The notes beneath the pieces were generated by a model. It had not been told where the DNA came from and ran no database searches. It saw nothing but the letters and a program-made list of their open reading frames with translations. The position numbers and the translations under genes are program-made. A stretch of DNA of 62,831 bases, filler included, from Asterionella formosa (Eukaryota): assembly GCA_002256025.1 (NCBI GenBank). It is 8 parts of 8 records of this genome, joined end to end, with 100 filler letters (N's around TTAATTAATTAA, not from the genome) between each part and the next. Parts side by side here need not be neighbours in the genome. Positions count along the whole stretch, not along the records: positions 1 to 26,257 come from NKIB01001770.1; positions 26,358 to 52,614 come from NKIB01001774.1; 6 more parts are not named here. One strand, 5' to 3'. This document shows positions 13,626 to 26,754 of the stretch, in pieces (positions within the stretch are counted from its first letter, which is position 1; each line of letters opens with the position of its first letter).

Positions 13626-13856
13626 CAAGAACAAGATGAGTAATAATATCGCTTTAGGAGCAGTTGTAGGCAGTACACAGGAGGGGAACCCTATTCTAGT
13701 GTAGTATGCTCTCCGTAATGACTCAAACTTGGAATGTTCCTAAATGCATATTTAGGCAGAGTTACAAACAGCATTGATTACTAATATAGAGAGGAGTTCA
13801 AAAAGACCACAAATGTTCGTTTAGTGCTTTACAAATCTTATGTATCACTTCTCTAA

Positions 13857-14473
13857 TCACTTGACTCGTTTGGACAAATGTTTGGCCACCAAGGTTTCTA
13901 ATTGACCTTCATTGCTTCCAGTCATGCGTCCCATTTCCATATCTCCAGATAACCAAATAAAGGTGGGCATCATGGCAATCCTAAATTTGGAAGCAATGTT
14001 GTCCAAATCATCAACATCGACTTGACAAAAATGAGCTTGATATAGGGTAGATAATTCAGAAAACTTAGGAGCAATGGTCTTGCATGGTTTGCACCAGCTA
14101 ACAAAAGAGTTTTATAGAGAGGAGGGAGTTTGTAAGATGGAAGACTATACAAGAAATTCCCATTATCGTCATGTAGAAAACAGAACAGACACACTCACGT
14201 GGCAGTAAACTTGACAAGAATCATTTCCTTTTTGGCCATCAATTCGTTCCATTGTTCTTCACTTGTAATCTCCATGACTTTTGTGGGTGCATTGGTTTCA
14301 CTGCAGCAATCTACGTTGGTTTGTTCTCGCTGTGACAGTCCAAGCCATTGCACCACGGACGAAGGAAGAAGACCAACATAGGCAAGTTTCGTGACAATCC
14401 ATTTTAACCCCAACAATACCATGGGGACAATGGCTGTGTAGGGAATACACACTCCGCCAATGCAACAAGACAT
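13857..14473 (-). CDS. Thioredoxin (WCKPC) with an N-terminal hydrophobic anchor, 2 exons (intron 14098-14198)
   Basis: Splicing GTGAG..TAG yields VKFTATWCKPCKTIAPKF...VDVDD...MPTF. Stop codon TGA at 13859-13857. Confidence 0.88.
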
Positions 14474-15354
14474 GATATTTATAGGAGGCACAAAGAAATG
14501 ACGAGAATAAAGAAAAGACGAAAGGGAGAGCGGATGCTATGACATGAATTTTGAATTTACCTCGGCCTCACACACTGGGCGCACTCTGAAATTCCAAATT
14601 AATTTGTTCCAAAAATACTGCGTACCGGTGCGTCAACTGGTATCATGATCTTTTTGTAAAATTACCGGTACCTACTGGTATACATGATACATACCTGTAT
14701 TTGACAGACGGTATGTACGTATTTACTGTATGAAACGCACTCTGTATCCGGCAATGCCAGTATCATGTGAGCGAAATACATATAATGATCATAAATATCC
14801 TCGTCGTTGTGCTCTGGCTGATGACGAGCGATACACCAGCCAAATGCCATACCGGTGCCTGTGTCATAAATACGTATATATCATAGGCAGTGGTGCAAAC
14901 GAGCGGCGCGAGAAAGACCTTGACCGGTCATTCCAGAGCAGTACTGGAGAGCGCTATATAGGAGAGGCACCATGTATTTAAACACATAAAAGGGTTACCG
15001 GTGGTATCGTCTGCACATTTAATTAAGATAGCATGATTATCTTGCATACAAAATCGCGCCGTCCATTGTTTACTCCTCGTTTTGACGCATTGGATGAGGC
15101 GGACGTGTTCCTTGCCCAGAGGTGAGGCCAGTCTACTGTGTCTAGTCTATTCACAAGAAACAAGTTTGCTTTTATAACGACATACATCATACACACAGTG
15201 TGTATTTATTTGTATTTATTTTTTATCTGATTAATAAAAAAGCGCCGAGGAAATGTTGAGGCAGGTTCACGCAACGTCCGAGAGCGAGGCTCCGATCTTC
15301 GGGTCATATGACGAGATTCCTGTTCATAATAATAACAAGCCACAGCAACTGTCC

Positions 15355-16314
15355 ATGAGTTTGAAACTATGGAATGCATGGAAACGACGAACCAGTACCT
15401 ACAACATGTCCTCAGAATTACGTAGGAGGAATATTGTTGTTTTGCTCTTGGCAATTATTATTATTTGGTGGTGGTTCCTGCCATTAACGTTGTTGTTGAC
15501 ACTTGGTGAATCCAAATTTTTTGCTATACACAAACACCAACACTGGCACAAAATACCAAACATTTTGACGTTTACGTACAAGACGAATCTACTGACGGCC
15601 AAGGTGGCGGATCTCACAGCGTTGGAACAAGTGTATCGAGAGAATACATTAGCTACCATTGCACTTCATCCTTATGCCACAGTTCGATTCTTGGATGATG
15701 CAGCTTGTTTGGAAGAAATTAGAAACGTCTATCCAGATCACACCAACATGACAAAACACTTTTCCTTGGAAGAGCAGGGAATGTACAAGGGTGATGTTTG
15801 CCGAGGAGCAGCCCTCTATCGAACGGGTGGACTGTACTTTGATATCGATATAGTCGTCCGTATGTCCATATGGGATGTTCTGACGGATCCTTCTGTTGAG
15901 TTTGTAGTACCACAAGAAAATTTCAAAAACCAAGCAATCTATCGATCATTCTATCAAGCCTTTTTTGCTACTACACCACGGCATGTCATTCTACGAAAAT
16001 ATCTGGATTTATTTGAAGGTTTTTACAACAAGCGTATTCCAAAACCAATCAATCTATTGGGGGTTCACTTTATGAAAGCAGCCTATTTAGAGTCGGATTT
16101 CAATGTATCGTCCACTCGAATCTGGACGGAAATGATTTACAATCAGCACCTGTTCCCATACATTGCATTGCACCCATTGTCCTCGTTGTGTTCCAATGTG
16201 GTAATTGCCCAACCCGAAGCACCAACAAGCTACAACAAATCATTTGATCCGCAAGTGATTGTAGTTATGGACTCAAATGTGGACGGATCCATACCTTGTT
16301 GGACGAAGAAGTGA
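15355..16314 (+). CDS. GT32 (OCH1/SUR1-like, DxD) glycosyltransferase, type II membrane protein
   Basis: TM helix, then KIPNILTFTY, RFLDDAAC and KGDVCRGAALYRTGGLYFDIDIV. The start codon is uncertain (15355 or 15406). Confidence 0.85.
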   Translation: MSLKLWNAWKRRTSTYNMSSELRRRNIVVLLLAIIIIWWWFLPLTLLLTLGESKFFAIHKHQHWHKIPNILTFTYKTNLLTAKVADLTALEQVYRENTLATIALHPYATVRFLDDAACLEEIRNVYPDHTNMTKHFSLEEQGMYKGDVCRGAALYRTGGLYFDIDIVVRMSIWDVLTDPSVEFVVPQENFKNQAIYRSFYQAFFATTPRHVILRKYLDLFEGFYNKRIPKPINLLGVHFMKAAYLESDFNVSSTRIWTEMIYNQHLFPYIALHPLSSLCSNVVIAQPEAPTSYNKSFDPQVIVVMDSNVDGSIPCWTKK

Positions 16315-18619
16315 GAAAGTTGAAGTATAATCGTTGTTTTCCACTCGCTGTTATTTGTAGAAGGACATGTTGCCTCAAAGCAACAGCAACAAGTCTTCAA
16401 TGCTTTTCACAGGATAAATATGGCGGAAAAAAAATTTACACTTGTATATTGGTATTAGGAGTACACCATACTTACAAGTACAATACTGTTGGTGGGGGCA
16501 TCTCAAGTCCCAATTGAGTTAGGATGTTTGCTCAACTCCTCCTACTAGCCATAATTTATATCCATATTTAGACGCATTAGTTCATTACTTTCAGAGCTGC
16601 ATTGGTGAAATGGCTGTTGTGTTCAAATTATGATTGAAGCTGCTGTAAGAAATGCAACAATATGAAATAGCTTTAAAAAAATTCACAAAGTCGCTCAACA
16701 TGTCGTATATACCATTACTATATATCTCTAGATAAATGTATACACCTCGAAACTTATCCAAATCCATGTTCTCATTTTTGCCGATTTACTTTTCATATGG
16801 AGCATGAGACCTGAACAAATGGAATTTTTCTTCTGGTATGTCAGGTATGAAAATGTGTAGTAGGAGGAGTGATACACCGCAACAACCCCACAAGTTCAGG
16901 CAATAAAGATTACATTGGGATGAATAACTGACTTCAAATCTCAAATTAGCTAATTATGTAGCTTACCAGCCTATATCCACAGGAAAAACCAGTACTCTCC
17001 GAATATTCATTTATGTAATTTTTGAGAGCAAAATATGTTATTCTGAGTTCTATGGGTCATAACAGTACCTGGTTCACAGATATTCTCAATGGGTCAAAAA
17101 TTTTACTAGTAATTATATCCTAGTACAGTTGACAGCATCTTTGCTATTCCGACAGACTTGGTACCACCAGGTACTGGCTGATGTTGCTTTCCCTTTCATT
17201 AGAGTACTACCAGTCAGGTGTTGAGGACCATCTTTCTCAAGATAGCAGCTTCCACCATTAGCATCAGCATCAGTGAATGCTCTGATACTTGACGAAGCCA
17301 TTCAACATGTTGGTCATAGTTTTAAAACCTGTCTCAAGACTGTTAATGGGCTTCTCAAACTCATGAAGATGAAATTCACGTGGTCCTGTCCAAGGAAGAT
17401 CTGTGCGGGATTATCATTCACTCCATGCTGCCCAATGCGTGGCAACAGGGTTTTTAATTGAGCCAAGCAAAGAACACCAGATTTTTTCGGTTTTGACTTG
17501 GTCCATTTGTCTGGTGATCTATTCATCAACAATCTTTTGATGCTATCATGAAAGCAGCAATGATACTGGTCGCAGATACAGCCACTTATGAGTTAGCATG
17601 ATCATAATATTATTTCTCATAGTTTACTGATGCTTCTGATCATGAAGAAGGCTCTTTTATTTTGCAAAATGAGCTTGCGATAGTCTATCGCTTTTGTTAA
17701 CCTTGGGCAGCTCAAAAGAATTTTAAATCTATGGAAAACGAACTGCCTACTTCTTCCAGTAGTGGTTATAAGAGTTCTGTTCCGTGTTATTGGGAGTAGC
17801 TCGTCATTTTCACACTAATGATTGTAATCTACGAATCTACAATATACTACATACTCAGCGAGTATTGAGATGGCGCCATTCATTATGTGAAGGGTATGGA
17901 TAATGCTTTTACGGATTACGTCACAGGCCTCCTAAGACAAGGAGGCTTTTTGCCTTTGGTGGGCGGGGGATGTTGTGGCTGTGTGTACTATACAAAATAT
18001 AATTCAACATTTCTATTGAATTGTATGACCAACCAATTCTTAAATGTTTTCTCGATCCTCTGGTATTAGCTGATTACATCCAATACCCTGCCTTTGATTT
18101 AACAATTTGATCCATGATTGAGAGTTTTCGATGCATAATTAATTGCCAATCATCAAACACAACTATTGAAATTTCCTTTTGTCAATTTCAATTATACACA
18201 TTCAATATGTTTTGTGAAAAGTCCAGGAGATTTTAGGCATATTGCTATTCCAACTACACTGTTGGGATAATATTATCAATTGGAATCATCACATGTTTAT
18301 ATCATGTGGTGGGTACTATGACATGATTGAATGCTACAAACACCACACGATTTTTTAAAATCTGACATTAAAAGCACAAGTGTTAAAGTATGTTGATACA
18401 TGTAAAGCATATCAATAAAAAATTACCTGGTACTGTTTATGCTTAACTTCCACCTCATTGTACATTATTACTTCTACTATAATCAGAGGTTGTGGTGATT
18501 TGATTGGACAATGGAAAATTATAGTTGTAGGAAACATGATTGATACAGTCACTAGAAACTTGGCAGAATTATCACATATGAATACCAAACATCTGAATGT
18601 ATTGCCATGAAGGAATATT

Positions 18620-20160
18620 GGAGCATGCCTCGGGTATCATCATCCAATGGTGAACAGGAACAGTAATATGAGCCATGGTGATGACACGACATATGACCAA
18701 TATGTATGTAGGTGCCTGAACTTGAGTGAATGGATTTATAGGAGGCTGTCTACTGCTACCGGCAGTATGTATTTCCAAAAGGGCATGTAATACATTCATA
18801 CAGCACACATTAGTAGAAGTAAACAATAATTGGCTGGTATCTGTATTTCTCTGTGTCTGGCAGCAAATGCTTTTGGTTGTGATAAGTTCAGCGTTTGTTT
18901 TTATTTTGCTTACTAGTTCATCAGACCTTACCACTCTTTTGCCTTGGATCCATTATAATTCTGCAAAGGACTTCCCCATCCTACAGTAGCGATTGCTGCT
19001 GCATACAAATCGTCAACGCGTTGAAACATTGCGCACCATAAGTTTGCTGTTGAAGGCATTTTCCGGCGGACCATCACTTCCCATGCTAGCGGCATTTCAG
19101 CATTGATTCAGGCAGCCACCAGTGCATCATGGCTGTAAGCCTTCACTACCCACTCCCATTGGATACATGCTCTGACTGGTTATAACGGGGGGGGGGGGAG
19201 GGGGTGGGGGGGGGGGGGAGGGGGGNNNNNNNNNNCCCCCCCACCCCCCCCCCCAACACCATCACATGCTACTCTGTACTGAGTATAAACCGACACTCAC
19301 AATGCCCACAAGAGCCTCAAAGGGTTTTTTCTTTCCTCATTATGTTGTTACTCGCTCTCCCAACAGCCAAGTACTCCTCTTTGCTCCTCGTCTGCGCCAA
19401 CCCTTCACTCTTGGGAGAAGAGGGGGGCTATTGGACTCTATTTGCTTCACTCAGCCACCTGAACACACCTGAGTGGAAAGACAACCTGCAGATAGGAGAG
19501 ATATGTCTTCGTCTGACTGCAGAATTAAATCAGACAAGGGAGACTATTACACCAATGAAACAGAACAGATATTCCAAAGCCTATAATGGAGAAGGCTACC
19601 TGCTGCAGACAGGGGAAACATATTACACTTCGAAGCCTACAATGGAGAAGGCTGCCATATGTTCTTGGCTCAGCAACACAATCATGCGGTGTTTGCCCCA
19701 ACTTTTGCCATGTTAATACCTAAATTCAGAGGAAGGCGTTGGATGGAATTGGGAACTATGCACGCTTATCAGCTACCACGTGAATTGATAGTCAAATTCA
19801 ACAGATTGTTTCAGAGCTTTAATATTGATGAAGATTAATGCTGCTGCAGATCTGTGTTACAACTGGTAACAATCATCTTTTGACCCTCATTTTGGTTAAC
19901 AAATTGAATAAAGGGGAGAAGCAGAAGAATATAGGAGCATGCCTCTGGTATGGTAAACAGGAACAGTAGTATGGTGATGACATGTATGACCAATAAATAT
20001 GTACATGCCTTAACTTGAGGAGTGAATGGATTTGTGGGAGGCTGCCTACTGCTACTGGCAGTATGTATTCCAACAGGGCAAATAATAAATTTATAGAGCA
20101 CATGTTACTAGTAGAAGTAAACAATTGATAGCTGTAAATCTCTGTGCTGTCCAGCACCGC
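18620..20160. repeat. Two diverged ~240-bp direct repeats (18620-18870, 19935-20160) flanking a degenerate interior
   Basis: Both copies share ggagcatgcctc..aacaggaacagta..atggtgatgaca..gagtgaatggattt..ggaggctg.ctactgctac.ggcagtatgtatt..tagtagaagtaaacaat. Confidence 0.75.
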
Positions 20161-20826
20161 AGCATATGCTTCTTTCATCATACTAAATATATGTTCAGTG
20201 CTTGTTTATATTTTCTTACATTACTAAAATTTGAGAATGGTGTTCCATTTATTACTATCAACAAATTATTAGCTCAAAATATTTTGGATCTGTGCTTCAC
20301 TGTTGCTTCATTTGTGGCTAATGGTAGAGCTACTATACATCATTCACACTTCGCATTTTTGAGGAAGAGCGAGCCCTACCTGTACCCTACCTCAACTTCC
20401 TCTACCGGTATGTTACAGTGCAAATGTAAACATGTGTAGGAATAACGCAGCTCGATGTATACCACAGTTTCCCCTGTAGACTTCTCCATACCGGTAGTTA
20501 GTACCGGTAGGAGTAGATTTTATTATGAATCGGTATACCGAGACGTAGCTCTCCTTCCGGAATTACTGGAATGGTACTGGTATGGTTGATCCATCTGCTG
20601 GCTGCTCGCTGGGGTCTGCTGCAAGCTGTGCGGTCCTCATACATAGCTGAATATGGAGCGATACCACTACTCCGAGTACCAGGTACTAACTTCCTGGTAT
20701 GTACTCCTACCCTGGTACCTGGTTGATGCCAGGCCTGCAGAATCATACCAGTGGCTACTGGTAGATCGGATATAATGCAACTTTCAACAAGGGCGATCGA
20801 TAAAAATTCTGTCCTCACAGTACATA

Positions 20827-21065
20827 CAGTACTCAGTACAGGAAAACGACTCGAAAAAGGACCATCGCTAAGAAGTTTGTTTACAGTTTGGTATCTTTTC
20901 TACGCAGGGCTTCTCGACCGCCTCCATGACATGACAACTATCAGAGTGTCTATACCAAATTAGTGTCGTCTCGAGAGTATCCATACTAGAGAAAATCCTC
21001 GTAGATTTCTACCCTTACAAGAGTCACATTGTGGGAAAACAAACTTTGTTTAGTACTCAGTACTG
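20827..21065. mobile_element. Possible Tc1/mariner-type MITE
   Basis: TA|CAGTACTCAGTAC ... GTACTCAGTACTG|TA gives a 12/13-nt inverted terminal match with TA flanks. Confidence 0.3.
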
Positions 21066-21431
21066 TATATCTTTTATGTACAACCTGATGTTCTTTGTTG
21101 TCAACATCCGGAATTTATGTTTGGCAGGAGAATCAATAAGATCAATAGTTTTCATTCTGTTGAGCCACAGTACGAAATAGTTCTCCTAAACCAATCCTTT
21201 CGTTTCCTTGTCATTGCCATCACTCGGTCCACATATAGTCTAACAAAATGGCTCGCCTCTCCGCTGATTCTCCCTCCCCTCATGTTCAAACGCACGGTAC
21301 GTGACACTTCAATCTCTTGCGCCTTTTTCCGCCCATCGATTTGTTGACACGCCATGTGTCAGCGATAATTTGATGTGCCATGTCCACTTGAGCGAGAGAG
21401 AGAGAGAGCGCGCGCAATACCATAATCCTGG

Positions 21432-21878
21432 ATGGATTATCTCGTCAATTGGAAACAAAGTGCTGCGCTGTGTTGTGTTGTGCTTTCGCACATGGGCTCT
21501 GTTGTTTGTAGCATCGTTGGATACCTGAAATTCGGATTCGTTTTCGATAGAGTTCTTTTTTGGGGGGAATGGATATTACAGGAAAGATATCAAACCTTCC
21601 CTAACGACGCTGCTTTTCTCTCTCTCCCTCATTTCAAAATACACACACACACAGCTGCTCTTTCGGAAAAGGATCGTGAGTATTGCCGAAAATTGGCAGA
21701 AACCACCAATCATCTACCTGCCATGTGTTACACGGACAAGGATAGTGTTAATGTAGTTCGTCGAAGGACGACGGGTACCAAGGCAGATCCTTGGGCTGGT
21801 GCCAAAGGTGGAAAGCAAGGAGTTGAAAATGCAAAACTTATCCGTCGTTACACCAAGTCTACGGAGTTTAAGAAATGA
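21432..21878 (+). CDS. Small hypothetical protein, possibly with an intron at 21460-21654
   Basis: Coding-like C-terminus ALSEKDREYCRKL...KADPWAGAKGGK follows a pyrimidine tract and CAG acceptor. The GTGCTG donor is weak. Confidence 0.45.
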   Translation: MDYLVNWKQSAALCCVVLSHMGSVVCSIVGYLKFGFVFDRVLFWGEWILQERYQTFPNDAAFLSLPHFKIHTHTAALSEKDREYCRKLAETTNHLPAMCYTDKDSVNVVRRRTTGTKADPWAGAKGGKQGVENAKLIRRYTKSTEFKK

Positions 21879-22333
21879 ATTTATAGAGAATGGGTATGCG
21901 CATGCGTTTCAACAACTCGCATATCATTTTATAACAAGGTGATGGATGGTTCTATTGGATACTATACTATGCTGATGGTACTATATATGTAAATGTACCT
22001 GAGTGTATTCGACATTTTCCAAGTACGGATTCTTTCATTTATTATATGTGATAACAAATGAACACTTTTTAGAAGGGTATATCATGATGCACGAGACAAA
22101 GTAATGAATAAATAGTAACCAGTGCATTCATACTAATACTAAGTCTCAACGACGAACATTCTAGAAGGGGAAACAATATTTTGGCGTTTGCATTTTGTTA
22201 GCGACTGGGGTCGTTCCATGATTATTGAATTTATTGTTTCAATCATAATAGTGAATCATCTGGCAGTCTCAGCTACGATATCATTATTCGTCAACCCTTC
22301 CTTGCTCGCTCCATCCATTTGATGTGCTCATTA

Positions 22334-23544
22334 TCACTCTGGAACCTTGAGTACAAACTTTGCCACAGGAAGAACAAGGTGAATCCCTTTGAATTCAGGT
22401 TTGAGAGCTGCTACTTGATCGCCAACCTTGGCATCTGGTGTTGTAGCATCGACTACAGCCATGTGAAGCAATCCACCCATAGTACCTTGTTTTGTAGTTA
22501 AATGACAACCTGACATGTACGCAAAGACATGGCCAGGATGCAAGACAGGTTGATAGCCCACTATAGCCATAAGAAGAATATACATTGGGGAATCATTGTG
22601 TGAGTAAAATGTACAAACGTAAATGATCCCACCATATATGTGTGTAAAACTCACCTGCCCCTCCAGTTGGGGCATCCACCACAATAGGATCCCCAACAGA
22701 CTTGCCATTCACATCGTGGTCTTGGATGCGCCAAGTTCTTCCAAGAAGTTGAACAATAGGACTACTTCTATCATCATCATCATGAGTATTCATGAGATTC
22801 TCCACTTGTATTCTGTAAACAAATCTATACTTGGTTTCTGGATTGATTCGTCCAGATAATTCACTTCCAGAATAACTTTTGAGATTGATGAACGAGAGGG
22901 ACAAAACCCCACAAATACCATGAGTGCATCAGATATGGTGCGCATGTGGAATGCCCCCAAAATATAACGTACCTACTTGTCGCAATGATCCGAATCCCAT
23001 ATTCCTCATCCACACTTACTGATGTACATTCCCACAAATGTGCCTGGATAGAAATGGCTTGAGAGGCTTTAATTGCTATGCTTTGCATACCAATGTTATT
23101 ACTAGGACAATGTCGAAAGGCATACTGTATTGCACTTCGAATGTCCTGCACCGTCGCCCAAGTTGCTGAAATCGTAAGATCATCGTTCTCGTCATCATCC
23201 GACGACACAACATGTTGGTACCATTGTTTCATATCATCGTTGTCATTATAGCAACGACGAAAGGTCCGAAGGATTCTAGTAGTACTGTCACTGGCTTTGT
23301 GGTCAACAGTTTTGTACTTGATCGCCTCACGGGGTAGAGGGATAGGTTGGAGAAGAATTTCTGGAGGAAATTGTTGCAGCTGCCTCAGGAGGATGCGGTA
23401 CAGGCGAAGGCTGGTGGTTCTGGAATTTGTGCTCTTGTTGTTGGTGGTGGTGTTGGTGGAAGAAAACATGCGCTTCAGGTTAATTTTATTATCCGTTGTT
23501 CGAATAACTGCTTTGGCCTGATGAACCATCCAACGTTGCAACAT
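22334..23544 (-). CDS. ApaG (DUF525)-domain protein with an N-terminal LYR-like motif, 3 exons (introns 22876-22972, 22561-22654)
   Basis: YRFVYRIQVEN, VQLLGRTWRI and spliced GGAVGYQPVLHPGHVFAYMSGC match ApaG. LRLYRILLRQL follows a basic, presequence-like N-terminus. Confidence 0.85.
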
Positions 23545-26257
23545 GCTGCTTGCTTGATTTTCCTCCCTGTTGGTTTTATAATTTTATTTTGGTGGGAGAT
23601 GAGGGAAATATAATTAGTCCGAGGCAGGGAGAAGCACCACAGATTAGAGAAGGTACCGGTATCAGATCCGCAACTTGTGAGACTTGATGACAAGACGACG
23701 AGGTACCTGCGGTAATGATAATATATAAGGTGATGGTCGAAGAAGCAAGTTGTGATGACTAGAAGCTCGTGTTCTTAGGATATACCCTACTACCCCTATA
23801 AACATTTATAAACAGTGCATATTTGAGATATTTAGCTGGAATTTCGCTATAGTATAAACCGTCTTCGACTGACCTTCGTCTTATGATTTCCGGTGCGAAG
23901 AAAGCAAATGGCCATTTCTTTATACATACCATTGCCATGCAATATACAGAGGTGGTGACAACTATGCTGAGTGGGAGAAAATCTGGTCTTTATGGAGGTT
24001 CAAGCCTAGTATGTATATATAAATTGCATTTCAATTGTTGAACTCAAGCTAGTAAGATTCGACTACTACTTCATTATCTAATTATGAATTCTATTCAATT
24101 CTACAAGGTTCTTCTCACCTCAGCATTAATCCTTGTCAACTTGATAACTCTCTCATCATCACTTCTTCACTCTAACTTATTCCTAATGAGGTTCTGGTAC
24201 ACTGGCTGCTACACAAAACTAGATGTCTATTTTCGGCAAAACCAGCTTAGCTTTGACTCAATTGTACTGCTAGTATAATAATTTTACACTTGGAATTTGA
24301 ATTGAAAATTGCATTAAACTGATTAAGTTGAACAATCCATTCTTCATCATCATGAAGAATTTTTGTTTTGCTCTTTCTTTGCCAATTTCTATGCAATTCA
24401 TACTACATTCCTTCACATACTACTATGATGTCGTAGAGGACGCTGAGCTGTATCCAAAACATGCATGTTGAGTTGATGATGACATGACAAAATATGAAAT
24501 CTATGTTGCCCTCCTCTTGTTTCCATGCAAAAGATATCATGCAACATGGATCTGTTGTTGCTGCTGTTGCAGGTTGCAGCAAACCTTTGGAATTTTCGGT
24601 GCTTGATCTTGATATCCTTATTGCTTACTGTTGATGCCAGTAATTAACCCTCTTGCTACTGTTTTAGTAACGTGAATATTCAGTAACATTCCCTGATACT
24701 GATGAAGACTGAGAGACACGAATCCTGCTGCTATTATCCTCCTCGCTTGCCTACATTTGCTGGTGCCATCATCTATTTTGTCATCCTCCCCCTCCTACTA
24801 CTACTACTACTACTCCCCCCTCTTCTGATTGGATCTGTTCTTCTTGCTGGAGTCAGTAACAATGTCATTCTTACAGCAGACTTGGAGTTGCAGGGATGCA
24901 AGTGTTCTCTGGTCATTTTCCTTTGACCAGAGGACGACGATATTTTCACAATATAAAGAGAATACAATTCATGTGAAGGTATACCTTAGAGGACAATGTG
25001 TATGTGTATGTATACCTTTTCTGGCGATAGCAGCCAGTTCTGATCAGTCCAAGCAAATCTTGAAATTTTCTGGGAAATTATATGTTACAATTCATGAAGA
25101 TATTCATTTCTATAAATTTCACTGTTATTTGTAACTGTACTAAAAGTGGTTTGCAACTAAACATAATTATTGGTGCTATAGATTCAATGATTTGTGTAAT
25201 CATTACACATATTAAATACTAAAATAAGAATACATCTGCACAAATTTTGTGTGATTTGCTTCAGGTTGGGGGAGGATATAAACATTTATTTAATGCTCCT
25301 ATTACATTTTTGGTAGGCAGTCTAATTATTAATTTTGTCACCATTGGTTGACATGGATGAAAATTGATTACTTGACAGTTGTGTTAATCGACGACAGGCA
25401 TTCCATTTCCTGTGCAAGAGTGTTGTTGTCCAACATCAGTCGTCATCATCATAGCTACCTAAGCAAGATGATCATCATGGCTGGACAGAGCCTCCGTCGA
25501 ACAACATGTGATAACTGCGACATAGAATCAAGGAGTAACAATTCATACAATCAATCAATTTTCAGTTGATAAATCACTTTTTTCACATCTTTTGCCTCAA
25601 TGGATCATGAAATTGTTGTAGTCCTCGTCATATTTGTTGTGCAGCTACAGCGAAAAGTGTCAAATCTGTTCATGACATCATTGTTTTGAATTACTATGCA
25701 TACATGAAATAATTGAAATGCGCAATCAGCGACATTCAATTTTCGTTGTAATTTTTAATGTTATTAAAAATATTCGTGTATAATTGTATTGTTTATATAT
25801 TTTGACCAACTAGAGAAGCCTCGTAGTTCTCACTTTTCGGGGAGATATTCTTCGCATATTTTTGTAATGGTCAAGGCGGAGATGACATCATGATGGATTC
25901 TACAGCTAAGTGCAATGAATACACTGTACAGAGTGTTTTATACACCGCCGGGTATTCACCGGTATTCAAATGAATCGCTTTATTCCAGCTAAAAATTAAT
26001 ACACCAGCACCAATGCGGGCTACCTCGGTATCATGAAGTTGCGGTCATTTGGCTTAAATAAACAATCTAATCTAGGATAAAGATAGCTAAATGTTTAGTT
26101 TAAGAACAATTACCGCAACTCCTTGCAGGTACCTGGTACCAGTTGCCAGCCATCATAAACCTTCGATCATGATCCATGTTCAATGTACGATATTACCGTA
26201 CCAAGTACTTCTTTGTGGCTGCATCGTCTCCTACATGCAAAGGTTCATTCCATACCA

Positions 26258-26357
26258 NNNNNNNNNNNNNNNNNNNNNNNNNNNNNNNNNNNNNNNNNNN
26301 NTTAATTAATTAANNNNNNNNNNNNNNNNNNNNNNNNNNNNNNNNNNNNNNNNNNNN
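26258..26357. other. Artificial contig linker (44N-TTAATTAATTAA-44N); also at 52615-52714, 54318-54417, 56021-56120, 57723-57822, 59426-59525 and 61129-61228
   Basis: Identical 100-nt construct with stop codons in all six frames at each junction. Confidence 0.97.
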
Positions 26358-26754
26358 ACAATAATTGCGGTTGTCGATACAGAAATTATATGATCGGCCA
26401 TAAAAAAATATTGTTAGTTTGCCCCAAAATTTATGTGGGTTTATAAAAAATTTAGGAAGTTGTCGAAAATATCTTAGTTCACTCCTATCATATATATTCT
26501 ATGATGCATCACATTTTATATTTGATATGATGCCCTTAAATTATGTATATAGCCCAATTTGTCATAGTGGGCCACCCAAAATTTTAATTTGGGTGATCAT
26601 ATTTGACTAGCGTTTTTTTTGTGGTGGCTGTACCAATAATCGGCGTTGTAGATGTGGCATCGCCTTCTCTATATGTGTATATGGACAAGAATAATAAATG
26701 ATAATCTCTTTTATAGGCCATACATAATCCCCTTTGTCAAGGCAAGTATTCATT

